DNA of 64,000 bases. Source: Alphaproteobacteria bacterium. GTDB lineage: Bacteria > Pseudomonadota > Alphaproteobacteria > MPNO01 > UBA830. The position numbers and the translations under genes were made by a program. The DNA lies in assembly GCA_965243135.1 (NCBI GenBank), contig OZ251539.1:384001-448000 (forward strand), read 5' to 3'. Shown here one piece after another: positions 18,451 through 29,236 of the stretch. A model generated the notes under the pieces. It was not told the origin of the DNA. It did no database searches and was given only the letters and a program-made list of their open reading frames with translations. Within the stretch, counting starts at the first letter, position 1, and each line of letters starts with the position of its first letter.

Positions 18451-18755
18451 CAGCTTCCATGACCGCCGGCGGTCATCGCCCTCCGAAATGGCCGGAGGTT
18501 CTTTTGCCTTTCCCGGACCGACGACCTGTTGCCTGCGGTTTCAGGCTATCGAGCGACGACTGCACCCGGCGGTCGCCAACCCCGCCGCCGCCCGGAGCAA
18601 AGCGGAGGCCGCGCCCAGGACTTGGTGTGGAAATCAGCGTACCAAGTGCTTGATCCGAATCGGCAGGTAGCGATGATGAAGCGGTTCGGAGTCGATCGAT
18701 ACTCGGGCGGTCTCGGCATCGAGCGCGCTAAAGCAACGGGGAAGGGATCCTGGCG

Positions 18756-19694
18756 GTGTCCGTCCGACTTCAGGAAAGTTTCGAGTGGGACCAGAGGAAC
18801 GAACCGTCCCGCGATGACTACGCGCCCGCGCCCGCCCGCACGAACGCATTCCGTTCGATCGGGGAGGACGACGGTCCCGTGGACTCTCTTTCGCAGTCTC
18901 TTCTCGTTCACGGGCACGCGGTGGACGCGCTGGATCTCGTTCCCGAGGAGAGCGTCCAGACCGTGGTCACGTCGCCCCCTTACTGGTCTCTGCGGGACTA
19001 CGAAGTGGACCGGCAGATCGGCAGGGACGATTCTCTCGAGGAGTACGTTTCCGGTATCGTCGACACCTTCGCGAAGGTTCGGAGGGTTCTCGCGGCGGAC
19101 GGCACCGTCTGGCTGAACGTCGGAGACTCGTACACGTCCGGGAACCGGACGTACCGGGCCCCCGACCGTAAGAATCGGGCGCGGGCCATGGCCGTGCGTC
19201 CGCCGACGCCGGAAGGGTTGAAGCCGAAGGATTTGATCGGCGTTCCCTGGCGTCTGGCGCTGGCTCTGCAGGAAGACGGCTGGTGGCTGCGCTCCGAAGT
19301 GGTTTGGTGCAAGCCGAACGCGCATCCGGAGTCCGTTCGAGACCGCCCGACGAAGGCTCACGAGACCGTGTTCCTCCTGTCGAAGAACCAGAACTACTAT
19401 TACGACGAAGAGGCCGTGCGGGGGCCGAACGGCCGGCGCTTGCGGACGATCTGGGAAATTGCCACCGAACCGCGAAAGCGGCCCAACGGCGAAGACCACC
19501 CTGCGGTCATGCCGATGGCGTTGGCTCGGCGTTGCCTCCGCATGACGAGCCGGGCCGGCGACTTCGTTCTGGATCCGTATGCCGGTTCCGGCACGACGCT
19601 GCTTGCGGCCCAGAGCATGGATCGGCGGTGGGTCGGCGTTGAGCTGAAAGAGAAATACGTGAGGTTGATCGAACGCAGGCTCCGCGGGCCATGA
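18756..19694 (+). CDS. Beta-class amino-methyltransferase (probably m4C, M.SmaI-like)
   Basis: VTSPPYW, VWLNVGDSY, KPKDLIGVPWRLA, HPAVMP, VLDPYAGSGTT. Confidence 0.9.
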   Translation: MSVRLQESFEWDQRNEPSRDDYAPAPARTNAFRSIGEDDGPVDSLSQSLLVHGHAVDALDLVPEESVQTVVTSPPYWSLRDYEVDRQIGRDDSLEEYVSGIVDTFAKVRRVLAADGTVWLNVGDSYTSGNRTYRAPDRKNRARAMAVRPPTPEGLKPKDLIGVPWRLALALQEDGWWLRSEVVWCKPNAHPESVRDRPTKAHETVFLLSKNQNYYYDEEAVRGPNGRRLRTIWEIATEPRKRPNGEDHPAVMPMALARRCLRMTSRAGDFVLDPYAGSGTTLLAAQSMDRRWVGVELKEKYVRLIERRLRGP

Positions 19695-20452
19695 CGCTCG
19701 CCGAACTGAAGGAGCGTCTGGAATCGCTGTCTCCCACGGCGACCCGTTTCGTCGCGAGAATGGTGGACTCCCTCTCGTCCCCGCCTGCGGTTCGGTTGAG
19801 CGATTCGGAGACGTGGCTCACGGCCGTCGCGGAGTGGGTCGAGTATTTCGGGCTGGCGCTGTCCGTACACCACGGCACGACTACCGAGCCGCTCGCGCAA
19901 AAGGGTTTCGAAGCCGTGTTCAGGAACGCCTGCGAAGCCGTCGAATGGGACGTCGGGGAGCCGGCTTCGGAAACGCAGAGATTTCTCGACCTCACCTTGC
20001 GACGCGGAGATCTGCCCGAACAGAAGCTGTCGCTGAAGTCTACGGCCGCGAAGAATATTTCCCGGTCGACGGCGCATATTTCCAAGCTCACCGAGGCCGC
20101 GTGGGTGCAGGACATGCGCACCGTCCGAGAACGTCGCGACCGCACCCTCGAACTGTTCCGGGCCTACGCCGAGGCCGTGGACGCAATAATGATGCTGCGC
20201 GCCTTCCGCAAGGGAAAGGAAATCCCCGTTCGATACCAACTGCTGGAGATCCCGACTGCGATTTTTCGGTCGCTACAAGACGCCCCCGTAGCGGCCTTCA
20301 ACGCCGACGGGCCCACCATCGATTGCGCCTATGGAGGGTCGCCGGCTGCAGCGCGCGTGTCGCTCGACCGGTCTGACGCGAAGATCACGGTCAAGCAAAT
20401 CCGGCTTTCGGTCTGTACCGTGCATGCCGAATGGCAAATGACCGGAACCTGA
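19691..20452 (+). CDS. Type II restriction endonuclease, SmaI-like
   Basis: ATGA-coupled to the MTase. HH.TT.PL...FE, LSLKSTAAKNISRS.AHISK, YQLLEIP and CTVHAEW match R.SmaI motifs as I recall them. Confidence 0.7.
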   Translation: MTLAELKERLESLSPTATRFVARMVDSLSSPPAVRLSDSETWLTAVAEWVEYFGLALSVHHGTTTEPLAQKGFEAVFRNACEAVEWDVGEPASETQRFLDLTLRRGDLPEQKLSLKSTAAKNISRSTAHISKLTEAAWVQDMRTVRERRDRTLELFRAYAEAVDAIMMLRAFRKGKEIPVRYQLLEIPTAIFRSLQDAPVAAFNADGPTIDCAYGGSPAAARVSLDRSDAKITVKQIRLSVCTVHAEWQMTGT

Positions 20453-20590
20453 GATAGTCACTGCTGCATGGCGACTTCGTCGAGGTTGGGCCGAATCGGC
20501 GCGTGCGCGTCGGCGCAGTCCTGATCGTCGGCGTTTTCCGGCTTTCTGGAACGGGCCGGAACGATCCGGCAAATTTGTCGCGACAGTTCA

Positions 20591-21550
20591 TTGCCTGAGG
20601 ACGAACGCATCGTGAGTGATTCCCGTTACCGTCGCGCCCCGTCGGAGGAGTTTCGGAAACTCCTTGAAAACGAGTTTGCATGTCTTCCCACCTTGGACGG
20701 GCGGCAGATGCTCGGCGTTGATCTGAACGTTCATCTGCGCCGTGACGATGAACTTCACGTCTATTGCGGCCGCACGCGACTTGTCAAAGTCCGCTGGAGG
20801 AACACGGTTCGACAGATCCACGTCGACGCTCACTCGTCATACAAGAGGCAGCCGTGCGCAGGCAGCTTGTTCAACTCATGGAATCCGGGCGATTCGCATG
20901 AATTCACGAAGGCTCTGCATGCATACCTCGACGAGGTCGTTGTTGGCGGCCAGCAAGTGCAGGGCGAGGGCGAACTGCAGTTTCGATGGTCGCGCGTGGT
21001 TGATCCATGGATCCCCTTCGATCGGGAGGCCGAGCTCGAATCCGGCCTCGTTTTGACCCCGAAAGCCCGAGCCAGGCTTCGAAACGCGGAAAAAGAGCTT
21101 TCCGGCCGAATTAAACGCGACGCGGACGAGTGGAGAACTCGGAAGTCGAACTCCGGGCGAAGCGGCAAAATCGACCAGCTGGCGGTCGATCCGAATGGTC
21201 ATCTGGTGCTCGTCGAACTGAAGAATGTCGAGAGAAGCAACAGTTCTTCCTACTATGCGCCGTTCCAACTACTTCGTTACGTCTGGGAATGGCATTGCGC
21301 CCTGGACAGCGCGTACGAAGAGCTGAACAAGATGATCGAGGCGCGAAAAAAACTGAACCTTACGTTGCGCGAAGCATCCCGCATCAAGGGCGGTCTGAGA
21401 GCCGCCGTTTGCTTCGGGGCCGATCGGCGAAGTTGCGAAATCCGGCGGCGCTATTGCATCGTGCTCGAAATCGCCAACCGCCATCTCCCGGACGGCGTTC
21501 CGCCAATCGAAACATGGGCGTTCGAGGGCAGTAGGCCTGTGCGGCTTTAG
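20591..21550 (+). CDS. Hypothetical protein with PD-(D/E)XK-like nuclease motif
   Basis: KIDQLAVDPNGHLVLVELK...FQLLRY resembles the D-x-ExK-QxxxY of NucS/RecB-type nucleases. Confidence 0.55.
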   Translation: MPEDERIVSDSRYRRAPSEEFRKLLENEFACLPTLDGRQMLGVDLNVHLRRDDELHVYCGRTRLVKVRWRNTVRQIHVDAHSSYKRQPCAGSLFNSWNPGDSHEFTKALHAYLDEVVVGGQQVQGEGELQFRWSRVVDPWIPFDREAELESGLVLTPKARARLRNAEKELSGRIKRDADEWRTRKSNSGRSGKIDQLAVDPNGHLVLVELKNVERSNSSSYYAPFQLLRYVWEWHCALDSAYEELNKMIEARKKLNLTLREASRIKGGLRAAVCFGADRRSCEIRRRYCIVLEIANRHLPDGVPPIETWAFEGSRPVRL

Positions 21551-21973
21551 GCAAGGGTTGCGGCGTTGCGGAAACGGTTTCAGAAGGATGGCGGACGGCG
21601 GCGAATTCGGAGCTCGCGGCGTGGCGGCCGATGCGCGAGGTGAACCAGCAAGACGTCGGTCGAGGAAGAACGGCAAACGGAGGTCGCCATGCCAACGGCG
21701 CGTGTGCGGCGACGCCGTGAGCGCGAGAATTTCGCCGACGGCTTCATGCGGGCCGGCGCGAGCGGCCGCTATCCGCAGGTCGCTTTTTTCATACTCGCCG
21801 AAGGAACGAGCGCAAACCCGGTACGATTCGCAACCCTCTCTGCGCGGATTGGTTTCCTGACGGCATTCGCCCGGCGAGTCGTGAGCTCGTCTCTTTCATT
21901 TCCGGGCGAACGCCGGAACCCATAACGGAATCCGCACGGCAGGTTCCGGCAACGCTTGACGGATGAGCATCGC

Positions 21974-24900
21974 ATGAAGATTTCAGGCATCGATTTTCCT
22001 TCTGCGCTGATGGCCGCGCTCCGCGACGGCCGGTTGGTCGTTTTTGCCGGGGCGGGCGTCTCAAGGGGAGAACCGGCCCTGCTTCCGAACTTCGAGGAAC
22101 TGGTGGAGGAAGTGGCACGAGGGACCGGCAAGAAGCCGAAGGACGACGAGACGGAAGACCGCTTTCTGGGACGGCTTCTGCAAGACGGCGTTAAGGTCCA
22201 CGACCGTGTCGTTCGGATCCTGAAAGGGAACGGCAGAACGCCCGCGCCCACCGATCTGCATCGCGATTTACTTCGGCTTTATCCAGATCCTGGATCGGTG
22301 CGGGTCGTCACCACCAATTTCGATCTACTGTTCGAGCGTGCTGCCGAAACGGTCTTCGAGCAGCCGCCGACGGCCTATACGGCACCGGCGCTGCCCCTTG
22401 GGCGGGAGTTCGACGGAATTATCCACGTTCATGGATCGCTTGACCGGACCGGAAGCATGGTGCTGACGGACGAAGACTTCGGACGCGCCTATCTCGTCGA
22501 TGGATGGGCGCGCCGCTTTCTCGTCGAGATGTTCACCACGTTCACGGTCCTCTTCGTCGGATACGGTCATAACGACACGATCATCAATTATCTTGCGAGA
22601 TCCCTGCCGGGCGGCGGCGGTGACAAACGTTTTGCGCTTGTGTCCAAATGCGAGGATACGGTGCGCTGGCGTCACCTCGGAATCGAACCGGTCACCTATC
22701 CGCCGGACGACGGCCGCGCCGCTTTGCGCGGCGGGGTTGGTCGGCTGGCGGACTACAGCCGTCGCGGCCTTCTGGACTGGCGGCGAGAGATATCTGAGCT
22801 TGCCCAAAAGGGACCGCACGGTCTCGGCGTCGAGGACACGGATATCCTCGACGATGCGCTGTCCGACCGGGCGAAGGCCGGATTTTTCGTACAGGCCGTA
22901 AAATCCCCCGACTGGATCGAGTGGCTCGACAGCCGAAACCATCTGGCTTTTCTCTTCGGCGACAGCGATTGGGGAGAACGCGAGGGTATCATCGCCCGCT
23001 GGCTTGCAAACCAATTCGTTCACGAACATCCGGACCGCGTCCTCGCTCTTGTCGCCGGTCAACATATGCATCCGAAGATGCATCCGAATTTCTGGTTCGA
23101 ATTGGGAAGGAACATAGGAGATGGCGAAAGAACTCTCGATCCCGAGGCGCTCGCCCGCTGGGTAACGCTGCTTCTTGCCAAAGCTCCGGAGAAACCCGAG
23201 AGGCATGTCTGGCTATGTCTGGGAGAGCGCTGCGCGGAAACCGGATTGACCGATAGCCTCATCGAAATTTTCGCCGCCATAGCGGCTCCACGGCTCGCGG
23301 TTCTGAGTACCTGGTTCGATGGCAACAACGGGAAGATGTTGTCCTTGGTCGAAGCTGGGCCTTCGGTCGATCACTACGTGATCAGCGAATTTTGGAAAAA
23401 GTCGCTGAAACCCAATATTGAGCAAGTGCCGGAAAGTTTGCTCGCTGTCGCTGTCGAACACTTGATGTCGCAACACCGGCTGCTGGTCGCCTGGCGGCAT
23501 GCAGACAGGTCTTGGAGCACGACGTCGATGAACCGCCATGCGATCGAACCCCACGAAGACGACGAATATCCCGAGAACATCGACGTCGTGATCGATGCCG
23601 CGCGGGATTGCCTGGAGTGGCTTGAAGGCCGTCGGCCGGAGGCGGCGTCGCATTGGCGCGAACGGCTCGCCGGATCGGAGGCGCCTGTCCTGCGGAGGCT
23701 GGCCGTGCATGCTCTGTCGGAACGCACGGTTTCTGACCCGAACGGAAAGATCGATTGGTTCCTGGCTCATCTGGATCTTCAGGACGAGGCGGCCGGGCGG
23801 GAGATTTCGCGATTGGTGAAACTGGCATATCCCGAAGCCGACCGAGATCGAAGGCGGGCGGTCATTGAGGCAGTGTGCGATTGCCGTTTTCCGGGAGACC
23901 CCGAGGAAGCGGAACGACGCGCCGCCGACTATCGTTATTGGTGGTTTCGCTTTCTTGTCGACGCGGCGCCGGACTGCGATCTGGCTAGCGAAGCGCTGGG
24001 GCAGTTGCTGAAACAGTATCCGGAACTTTCCGGCCGGCGAGAAACTGGAACCGGTTTGAAACCCGTCCCGACCGCCGCGAAATTGCTGGCGAGCCCGGCC
24101 GTCGAATGGACCGACGAACTGTCCTCCATCTACCCGGCGGCGGGAGCGAGCCAGGGTCGGCGCGCCGAAAGCGTCGAGCAGGCGGTCAGGCAGAATGCGG
24201 ACTGGGGCCTCGATCTGGCGGATGCGTTGGAGAGAAGCGAAAACTGGAACCCCGCTCTGTGGGAAGCTCTCCTGAACGCTTGGAGGGACGCGAAACCCGA
24301 CGACGGAGAATGCCGGAAGATTCTCGCGCATCTACGACAGCCGGAGTTGCAGCAGGGGCACGCGGTCGCGATCGCCCGGTTTTTGCCGGATTTGGCAAGG
24401 GACGACCGCATATCGGATCCGTCGCTGAACGTGGCGAAGGGGATCGCTGGCGCTCTATGGCGAGACTTCGACAGGGGCAGTCCGGCCGTCAGAATTCACA
24501 AGGATTGGCTGATGACCGCCATCAATTGCACTCCTGGATTGATCGCCGAATTCTGGCTGCAGGTGCTGTCCCGCTGGAGGAAACGCCAGGATTCCGTACC
24601 AGCCGCCCTTGGTGGCGTGTACGAAAAAGCGTTGTCAGACATTGTGGAGGATCGGTCGGATGCCGGGACGCTTGGAAAAACGGTGCTGGCGAGCCAGCTG
24701 GCTTTTCTTTTGGCGGTCGACGAAGACTGGACAAAAGAACGGTTGCTTCCGCTGTTTACCGATAATCGGCATCCGGAAGACAGGGACGCGGTTTGGGACG
24801 GTTTTCTCGTCCGGTTGCGTTTCACGCCCCGGCTGGCGGAACTGACCGAAGACGCATTTCTGAATGCCGTTGAACGCGTCGATACCGGGTTTTCCGCCCG

Positions 24901-25453
24901 GCGCAGGAATTTCATCCGAGGCTACGTCATTCAGTTGGCGTATTTCTCGGACGACCCGTCGAAAAATTGGATTCCGAAGTTTTTCGACCACGCCGGCAAG
25001 GGCGCGCGAAGCGGTTTCGCTACGCATGTCGGCCTTGAGCTCCACAAAATGAACGAGGCCCGGCAGGAAGAATGGTGGGACCGGTGGTTGGGCGAATACT
25101 GGAGAGGCCGCCTGGACGGCAAGCCGAAGCAGCTGGACGACGGCGAAATCGGTTGCATGCTCAAATGGTTGCCTGGTCTGGCTTCCGTGTTTCCGAAAGC
25201 GGTCGACTTGGCGATCGAGATGCCGCCTGTCGAACTGAAACGAAGCATGATCGTCTACGAAATCGATCAATCCGACTTGTGGAAGCGTTACCCGGATGCG
25301 GTGGCCAAGTTATTGTTGCATTTGCGGCAGTCTGGCTCCCCTGGTTACATTTGGTACAGGGGCAAGGAACTTGTCGCCAAACTCCTCGAAATGAACATCC
25401 CGTCCCATCTCGCAGACAAGCTTCGGGAGCTTGACGCCGAAGCGGGCTGGTAA
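21974..25453 (+). CDS. SIR2-domain protein with long helical C-terminus (DUF4020-like; DSR-type candidate)
   Basis: LVVFAGAGVS, VVTTNFDLLFE, IHVHGS, VLTDEDFGRAYL, VLFVGYG; Trp-rich tail WWDRWLGEYWRGRLDG. Confidence 0.85.
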   Translation: MKISGIDFPSALMAALRDGRLVVFAGAGVSRGEPALLPNFEELVEEVARGTGKKPKDDETEDRFLGRLLQDGVKVHDRVVRILKGNGRTPAPTDLHRDLLRLYPDPGSVRVVTTNFDLLFERAAETVFEQPPTAYTAPALPLGREFDGIIHVHGSLDRTGSMVLTDEDFGRAYLVDGWARRFLVEMFTTFTVLFVGYGHNDTIINYLARSLPGGGGDKRFALVSKCEDTVRWRHLGIEPVTYPPDDGRAALRGGVGRLADYSRRGLLDWRREISELAQKGPHGLGVEDTDILDDALSDRAKAGFFVQAVKSPDWIEWLDSRNHLAFLFGDSDWGEREGIIARWLANQFVHEHPDRVLALVAGQHMHPKMHPNFWFELGRNIGDGERTLDPEALARWVTLLLAKAPEKPERHVWLCLGERCAETGLTDSLIEIFAAIAAPRLAVLSTWFDGNNGKMLSLVEAGPSVDHYVISEFWKKSLKPNIEQVPESLLAVAVEHLMSQHRLLVAWRHADRSWSTTSMNRHAIEPHEDDEYPENIDVVIDAARDCLEWLEGRRPEAASHWRERLAGSEAPVLRRLAVHALSERTVSDPNGKIDWFLAHLDLQDEAAGREISRLVKLAYPEADRDRRRAVIEAVCDCRFPGDPEEAERRAADYRYWWFRFLVDAAPDCDLASEALGQLLKQYPELSGRRETGTGLKPVPTAAKLLASPAVEWTDELSSIYPAAGASQGRRAESVEQAVRQNADWGLDLADALERSENWNPALWEALLNAWRDAKPDDGECRKILAHLRQPELQQGHAVAIARFLPDLARDDRISDPSLNVAKGIAGALWRDFDRGSPAVRIHKDWLMTAINCTPGLIAEFWLQVLSRWRKRQDSVPAALGGVYEKALSDIVEDRSDAGTLGKTVLASQLAFLLAVDEDWTKERLLPLFTDNRHPEDRDAVWDGFLVRLRFTPRLAELTEDAFLNAVERVDTGFSARRRNFIRGYVIQLAYFSDDPSKNWIPKFFDHAGKGARSGFATHVGLELHKMNEARQEEWWDRWLGEYWRGRLDGKPKQLDDGEIGCMLKWLPGLASVFPKAVDLAIEMPPVELKRSMIVYEIDQSDLWKRYPDAVAKLLLHLRQSGSPGYIWYRGKELVAKLLEMNIPSHLADKLRELDAEAGW

Positions 25454-25496
25454 CGCGATGAAATTCGAGGCGCGGCGCTTCAAGCATGGCAAGACC

Positions 25497-25582
25497 AAAC
25501 GGAAACGCCTTCCTTCCGGGCGCGGATCATACTTCCTTGATTATTTTGCACCTGAAACTGCCGATTATCGTGACTGCTCACA
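25497..25582 (+). repeat. Dispersed ~86-bp intergenic repeat, copy 1
   Basis: aaacggaaacgccttccttcc...gattattttgYacctgaaactgccgattatcgtgactgctcaca also occurs at 57864-57949. Confidence 0.85.
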
Positions 25583-25752
25583 GTTGCACAACAAATGCTT
25601 GCATCAACGGAGGCCGCCATGCACGAGCGCTAGGCAGTGGATGACGGAGGAAGGCGACGGACTTGACGAACACCAGCGAAATGCCAACATGAACCGGATG
25701 GGACAATCCTCCGTCGGCGGCGGTCGAACGAGAGGTAGGCTGACGATACAGG

Positions 25753-26508
25753 ATGACAGGCGTGACCCTCGGAGAAATGAAGAAACCGCGTTACGTTATC
25801 GCCGCCGCGTTCTTGGTCATGGTAACGGTCGGCACGGTCGCCGACATCTTCTACGGCTTCCGGCCGGTGATCGAAAACGCCCGGGCGCAGGCCATGGAAC
25901 GGCGGCCGTCCGCCACGCCACCTGCCGTGAAGACGCTGCAAGACCTATATGCAGAGCTGCAGCAGTTCAAGGACGATCCAGAGTTTCGCCGAGTCGGGTA
26001 TGGGCGATGCTGCAAGTACTTCCAATGGATGCAGCGGGTAGAAGCGTTGCAGGGGCAGGCCAGCCCCAAGGAGTTCATGGATGGCTTCGGCATTCTCCCA
26101 AGAGAGCTGGTGCAGCTGGGATGGGAATACTTCGGAGGGCATGAAGAAAGCGCACAATACTGGGAAAAGCAGATTGCCGGGGCGAGAAACCCAGTATCAA
26201 GCCTGCCAAAAGTCGACCGAGCCGAAGAAGATGGCCTGATCGGATCATGGACGACGACGAGCTTGTTCAGGGGGAAACGAACAGATTTCGTGATGCACAG
26301 GGAGGACGGACAGATCATTCTCACCTCAAGCTACCACGATGGGTCATCGAGAAAGCAGGTGCTCGATGAGATCGAGCCGCAAGCAGGACAGCTCCGACGA
26401 TTCCGGGAGAGAGACGGCGAGTGGAACGAAACTATGGTCATCCTCAAGGACGGAGGACTCGGCATGTACGATACCGACGGGCTCATCTTCCGAGCCGACC
26501 GGCAGTAA
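25753..26508 (+). CDS. Hypothetical membrane-anchored protein
   Basis: 251-aa ORF with an N-terminal hydrophobic segment. Confidence 0.6.
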   Translation: MTGVTLGEMKKPRYVIAAAFLVMVTVGTVADIFYGFRPVIENARAQAMERRPSATPPAVKTLQDLYAELQQFKDDPEFRRVGYGRCCKYFQWMQRVEALQGQASPKEFMDGFGILPRELVQLGWEYFGGHEESAQYWEKQIAGARNPVSSLPKVDRAEEDGLIGSWTTTSLFRGKRTDFVMHREDGQIILTSSYHDGSSRKQVLDEIEPQAGQLRRFRERDGEWNETMVILKDGGLGMYDTDGLIFRADRQ

Positions 26509-27045
26509 GCTTCAGAAGGAGATGCGCGGGCTTTCATCAGATCCTTGCACAGCCACGGCATGCCGTTGTTCCTTGGCACTCGGTAGATTTGAACGTAGGC
26601 CTTGAAGTAGCCGTAGCCCTGCCAAGCGGTCCCCGGGCAACGGCTCGCGTTTGGAGAATTAGAAGCCTGCGGGCCGCTCTGCGACGACCACGAAGGTCTG
26701 GACATCGAGGTTTTCGGGCGGTGCCCTACTTTTGACCATGACTCGTTCGGCGAGGTAGAGCACCGCGATTTCATCTGCCCCCGTCAACTCCGAGAATCGC
26801 CTGAACAATGGCAAGCTACCGTCTCGGCGGTCGGCTGATCTGACGGGAACGTCGTCCGGTGGCTTTGTTTCAACTTCGACCTTCCCCGGTCCTTGTCGCT
26901 GTTCCGCCTGCCGGAGCCAGCACCTCCTTGGTCTGGAAGCGTTCTAAATCTGGACGTATCGTCTGTTACTGACACCGCCATTCGGCCTGTCTTGACAACG
27001 CCGCCTGGTCGGGTCAGCATTCTCATCGTCTGTTGGCGGGGTACG

Positions 27046-27864
27046 ATGAAAGTGTTCGACCTGACTCCGATCATCCGCGGAGCGATCGCGGCTGGATTTT
27101 TGCTTGCGATTTCCGAAGCCTCTGCCCAAACCGAGGATTCTAGTAAGGCCAATGGTGCGGCGTCCGAGTCGCCTCAGGTCACCGAGGCATTCTGGCGGCT
27201 TGACCGGCTTGCAGCGGAACTCGAAAAACGGCGGCGCAAGTTGATCGGCAACCGCCGTTCTCTTTCTGCCGACGGGAGAACTGCAACGCCGCCGCCAACT
27301 CTTCCTCGGTCGGCGGTTTCGCCGCAAGCGGCCTCGGGCGTTCCCTCGGGCACGCCTCTCTCCGCTCCCGCAAACCTGTCGCAGGCCGGGATTTTCCGAG
27401 GCGCGCCGCGGTGCGATGCTCGCGAACTGCTTGCGAAGAAGGTGGAGACTCACCTTCGCATCAACAAGGAGCACGGCAGGCTCATCAACAGGGTGAACGA
27501 AAAGCTCGTTCGGTACCGAATGCGTGTTCTGGACATCGAACGCGTGTGCAAGGAACGGTTGCAGAAGGACATCGAGTCCGATATTGCGCGGCTCGAAAGG
27601 CTCGATCTCGAAACGCAACGGCGGGCGGTCGGCGAGGCCGTGGCATGTTTCGATGCCCTGCGCAGGGCTACCGAAAGCGAGGCCTCCGCAACGCGATCGA
27701 CCATTCGGATACAGCGTCTCGTCGCGGAAAGGGCGCGGCTCGACAAGCTGAGCAAGCACACGATGGAACTTGAACGGGCGTTGGAGCGCGGCGTGAGCAA
27801 GAGGAAACGGCTCATGCTGGAACTGACGGAATTTCAGCAGGAGATCCGGAGTGCATGCAGCTGA
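27046..27864 (+). CDS. Exported coiled-coil protein
   Basis: Signal peptide (ASA-Q) and helical body; first gene of a tightly packed operon. Confidence 0.65.
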   Translation: MKVFDLTPIIRGAIAAGFLLAISEASAQTEDSSKANGAASESPQVTEAFWRLDRLAAELEKRRRKLIGNRRSLSADGRTATPPPTLPRSAVSPQAASGVPSGTPLSAPANLSQAGIFRGAPRCDARELLAKKVETHLRINKEHGRLINRVNEKLVRYRMRVLDIERVCKERLQKDIESDIARLERLDLETQRRAVGEAVACFDALRRATESEASATRSTIRIQRLVAERARLDKLSKHTMELERALERGVSKRKRLMLELTEFQQEIRSACS

Positions 27865-27865
27865 C

Positions 27866-28531
27866 ATGGGGCGTCTTGGGCGGCGCGAGGGAGGACCGGG
27901 GCTGGCCTTCCGGGTCTTCCTCGTTCTCGCGATCTGCGTCGCGGGGTGGGCTGCTGCAGCGGCGCAGGAGAACGCGGTCAATCGGGAGAGCATCGACGAA
28001 AGTTTCTCGGAAATCACGAAACTGCTCACCGAGTTGGACGGCGCCACTGCATCCGCCCAAAGCGCACTGGAAAACGTGAAGAACATGGACATCGAAAAAC
28101 GCCGCGTGGCGACCGACAAGCTCTTCGAAAACCTTAAGCGGGAAATCAACAAGGTGCTTGACGGTTTTTCTCCGAACAGCGTCCTCGTGGACAATCTGGA
28201 GGGAGCCAACGCCAGGATGATCGTTCTGAAGAGATGGTTGGAACGCCAGCCTCCGGACTATCCTCGGCGCGACCAGCTCATCATCGAAGTCGACGGCACG
28301 ATCAAGAGGTATGGCGAACTCGGCCGGTCGATTCAATCCGGTCGGCGGCAAGCGCAGAACGCGTTGCGCGAGCTCGCGCGCACGCAATTCTATCTGGAAA
28401 TCGAATCGATGGTGACCTCAGCCTCGCACAGCGTGAAAATGACCGAAAATCTCGTCAGTACGCTGCGAAAACTCAGCACCAAGGTAAGCGAGCTGGCGAA
28501 GCAGAAGACCCCTCGCGCAGTTCCGAACTGA
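27866..28531 (+). CDS. Exported coiled-coil protein
   Basis: Signal peptide (AAA-Q), heptad pattern. Confidence 0.7.
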   Translation: MGRLGRREGGPGLAFRVFLVLAICVAGWAAAAAQENAVNRESIDESFSEITKLLTELDGATASAQSALENVKNMDIEKRRVATDKLFENLKREINKVLDGFSPNSVLVDNLEGANARMIVLKRWLERQPPDYPRRDQLIIEVDGTIKRYGELGRSIQSGRRQAQNALRELARTQFYLEIESMVTSASHSVKMTENLVSTLRKLSTKVSELAKQKTPRAVPN

Positions 28532-28557
28532 CCTCGACCCCGGGAAAGGATCCAAAA

Positions 28558-29208
28558 ATGATAACTCTCGCCGCCGCTGCCGTGGCTTTTCTCATGGCCT
28601 TCGCCCCACTGACCGCGAAAGCCCAGACCGGCGGTTCGGTTGCGAACGATGCCGTGGACGGGAAACAACCAAGCGTTGCCCGCTTGCTCGGTGACGTGGG
28701 CGAGGTCGCTGACCGGCTTACCAAGAACATGGCCGACGTGCAGGAGGCCCTTGCCAAGTCCGTGAAGAGCCGCGACGAAGGAACAAAGCTTTTGGAGCAG
28801 GTGAAGGCGGCCGTGGAATCCGTCCACGGCAGCCTGGCGAAAGAAAGCGGCATCTGGACCGAACTGACCAAGGCGATTCAGGTTTGGGACGATAACCGCA
28901 CGGCCGCGCTCGAAAAGGCGGAGACCAACCCTGCCTTCGACGAAATTGCCGAGCAATGGGGGGCGAGGATCGAGCAAGCCGGTTCGTTGCGCGAGCAGAT
29001 CCTCACTCAGCGAGCGGAGGCCAAGGCGTTGCTTGACCGGATTCTGTCGGACCGCGAGCTCGTACTGGCCTACTATGACCTGGAACAGGCTGATCGCGCT
29101 TTGGAGGCCTTGCAGATGGTCAGCAAGGAATTGAGCGTCATGAACGATTCCATGCAGAAGATTGTCGATCAGGTGCAGATGGTTGCCGCTCCGGCGGTTG
29201 CCCAATAG
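28558..29208 (+). CDS. Exported coiled-coil protein
   Basis: AAGGA RBS, signal peptide (AKA-Q), heptad pattern. Confidence 0.75.
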   Translation: MITLAAAAVAFLMAFAPLTAKAQTGGSVANDAVDGKQPSVARLLGDVGEVADRLTKNMADVQEALAKSVKSRDEGTKLLEQVKAAVESVHGSLAKESGIWTELTKAIQVWDDNRTAALEKAETNPAFDEIAEQWGARIEQAGSLREQILTQRAEAKALLDRILSDRELVLAYYDLEQADRALEALQMVSKELSVMNDSMQKIVDQVQMVAAPAVAQ

Positions 29209-29236
29209 AACGAACGAGACGGATCGCTTCCTCCGG

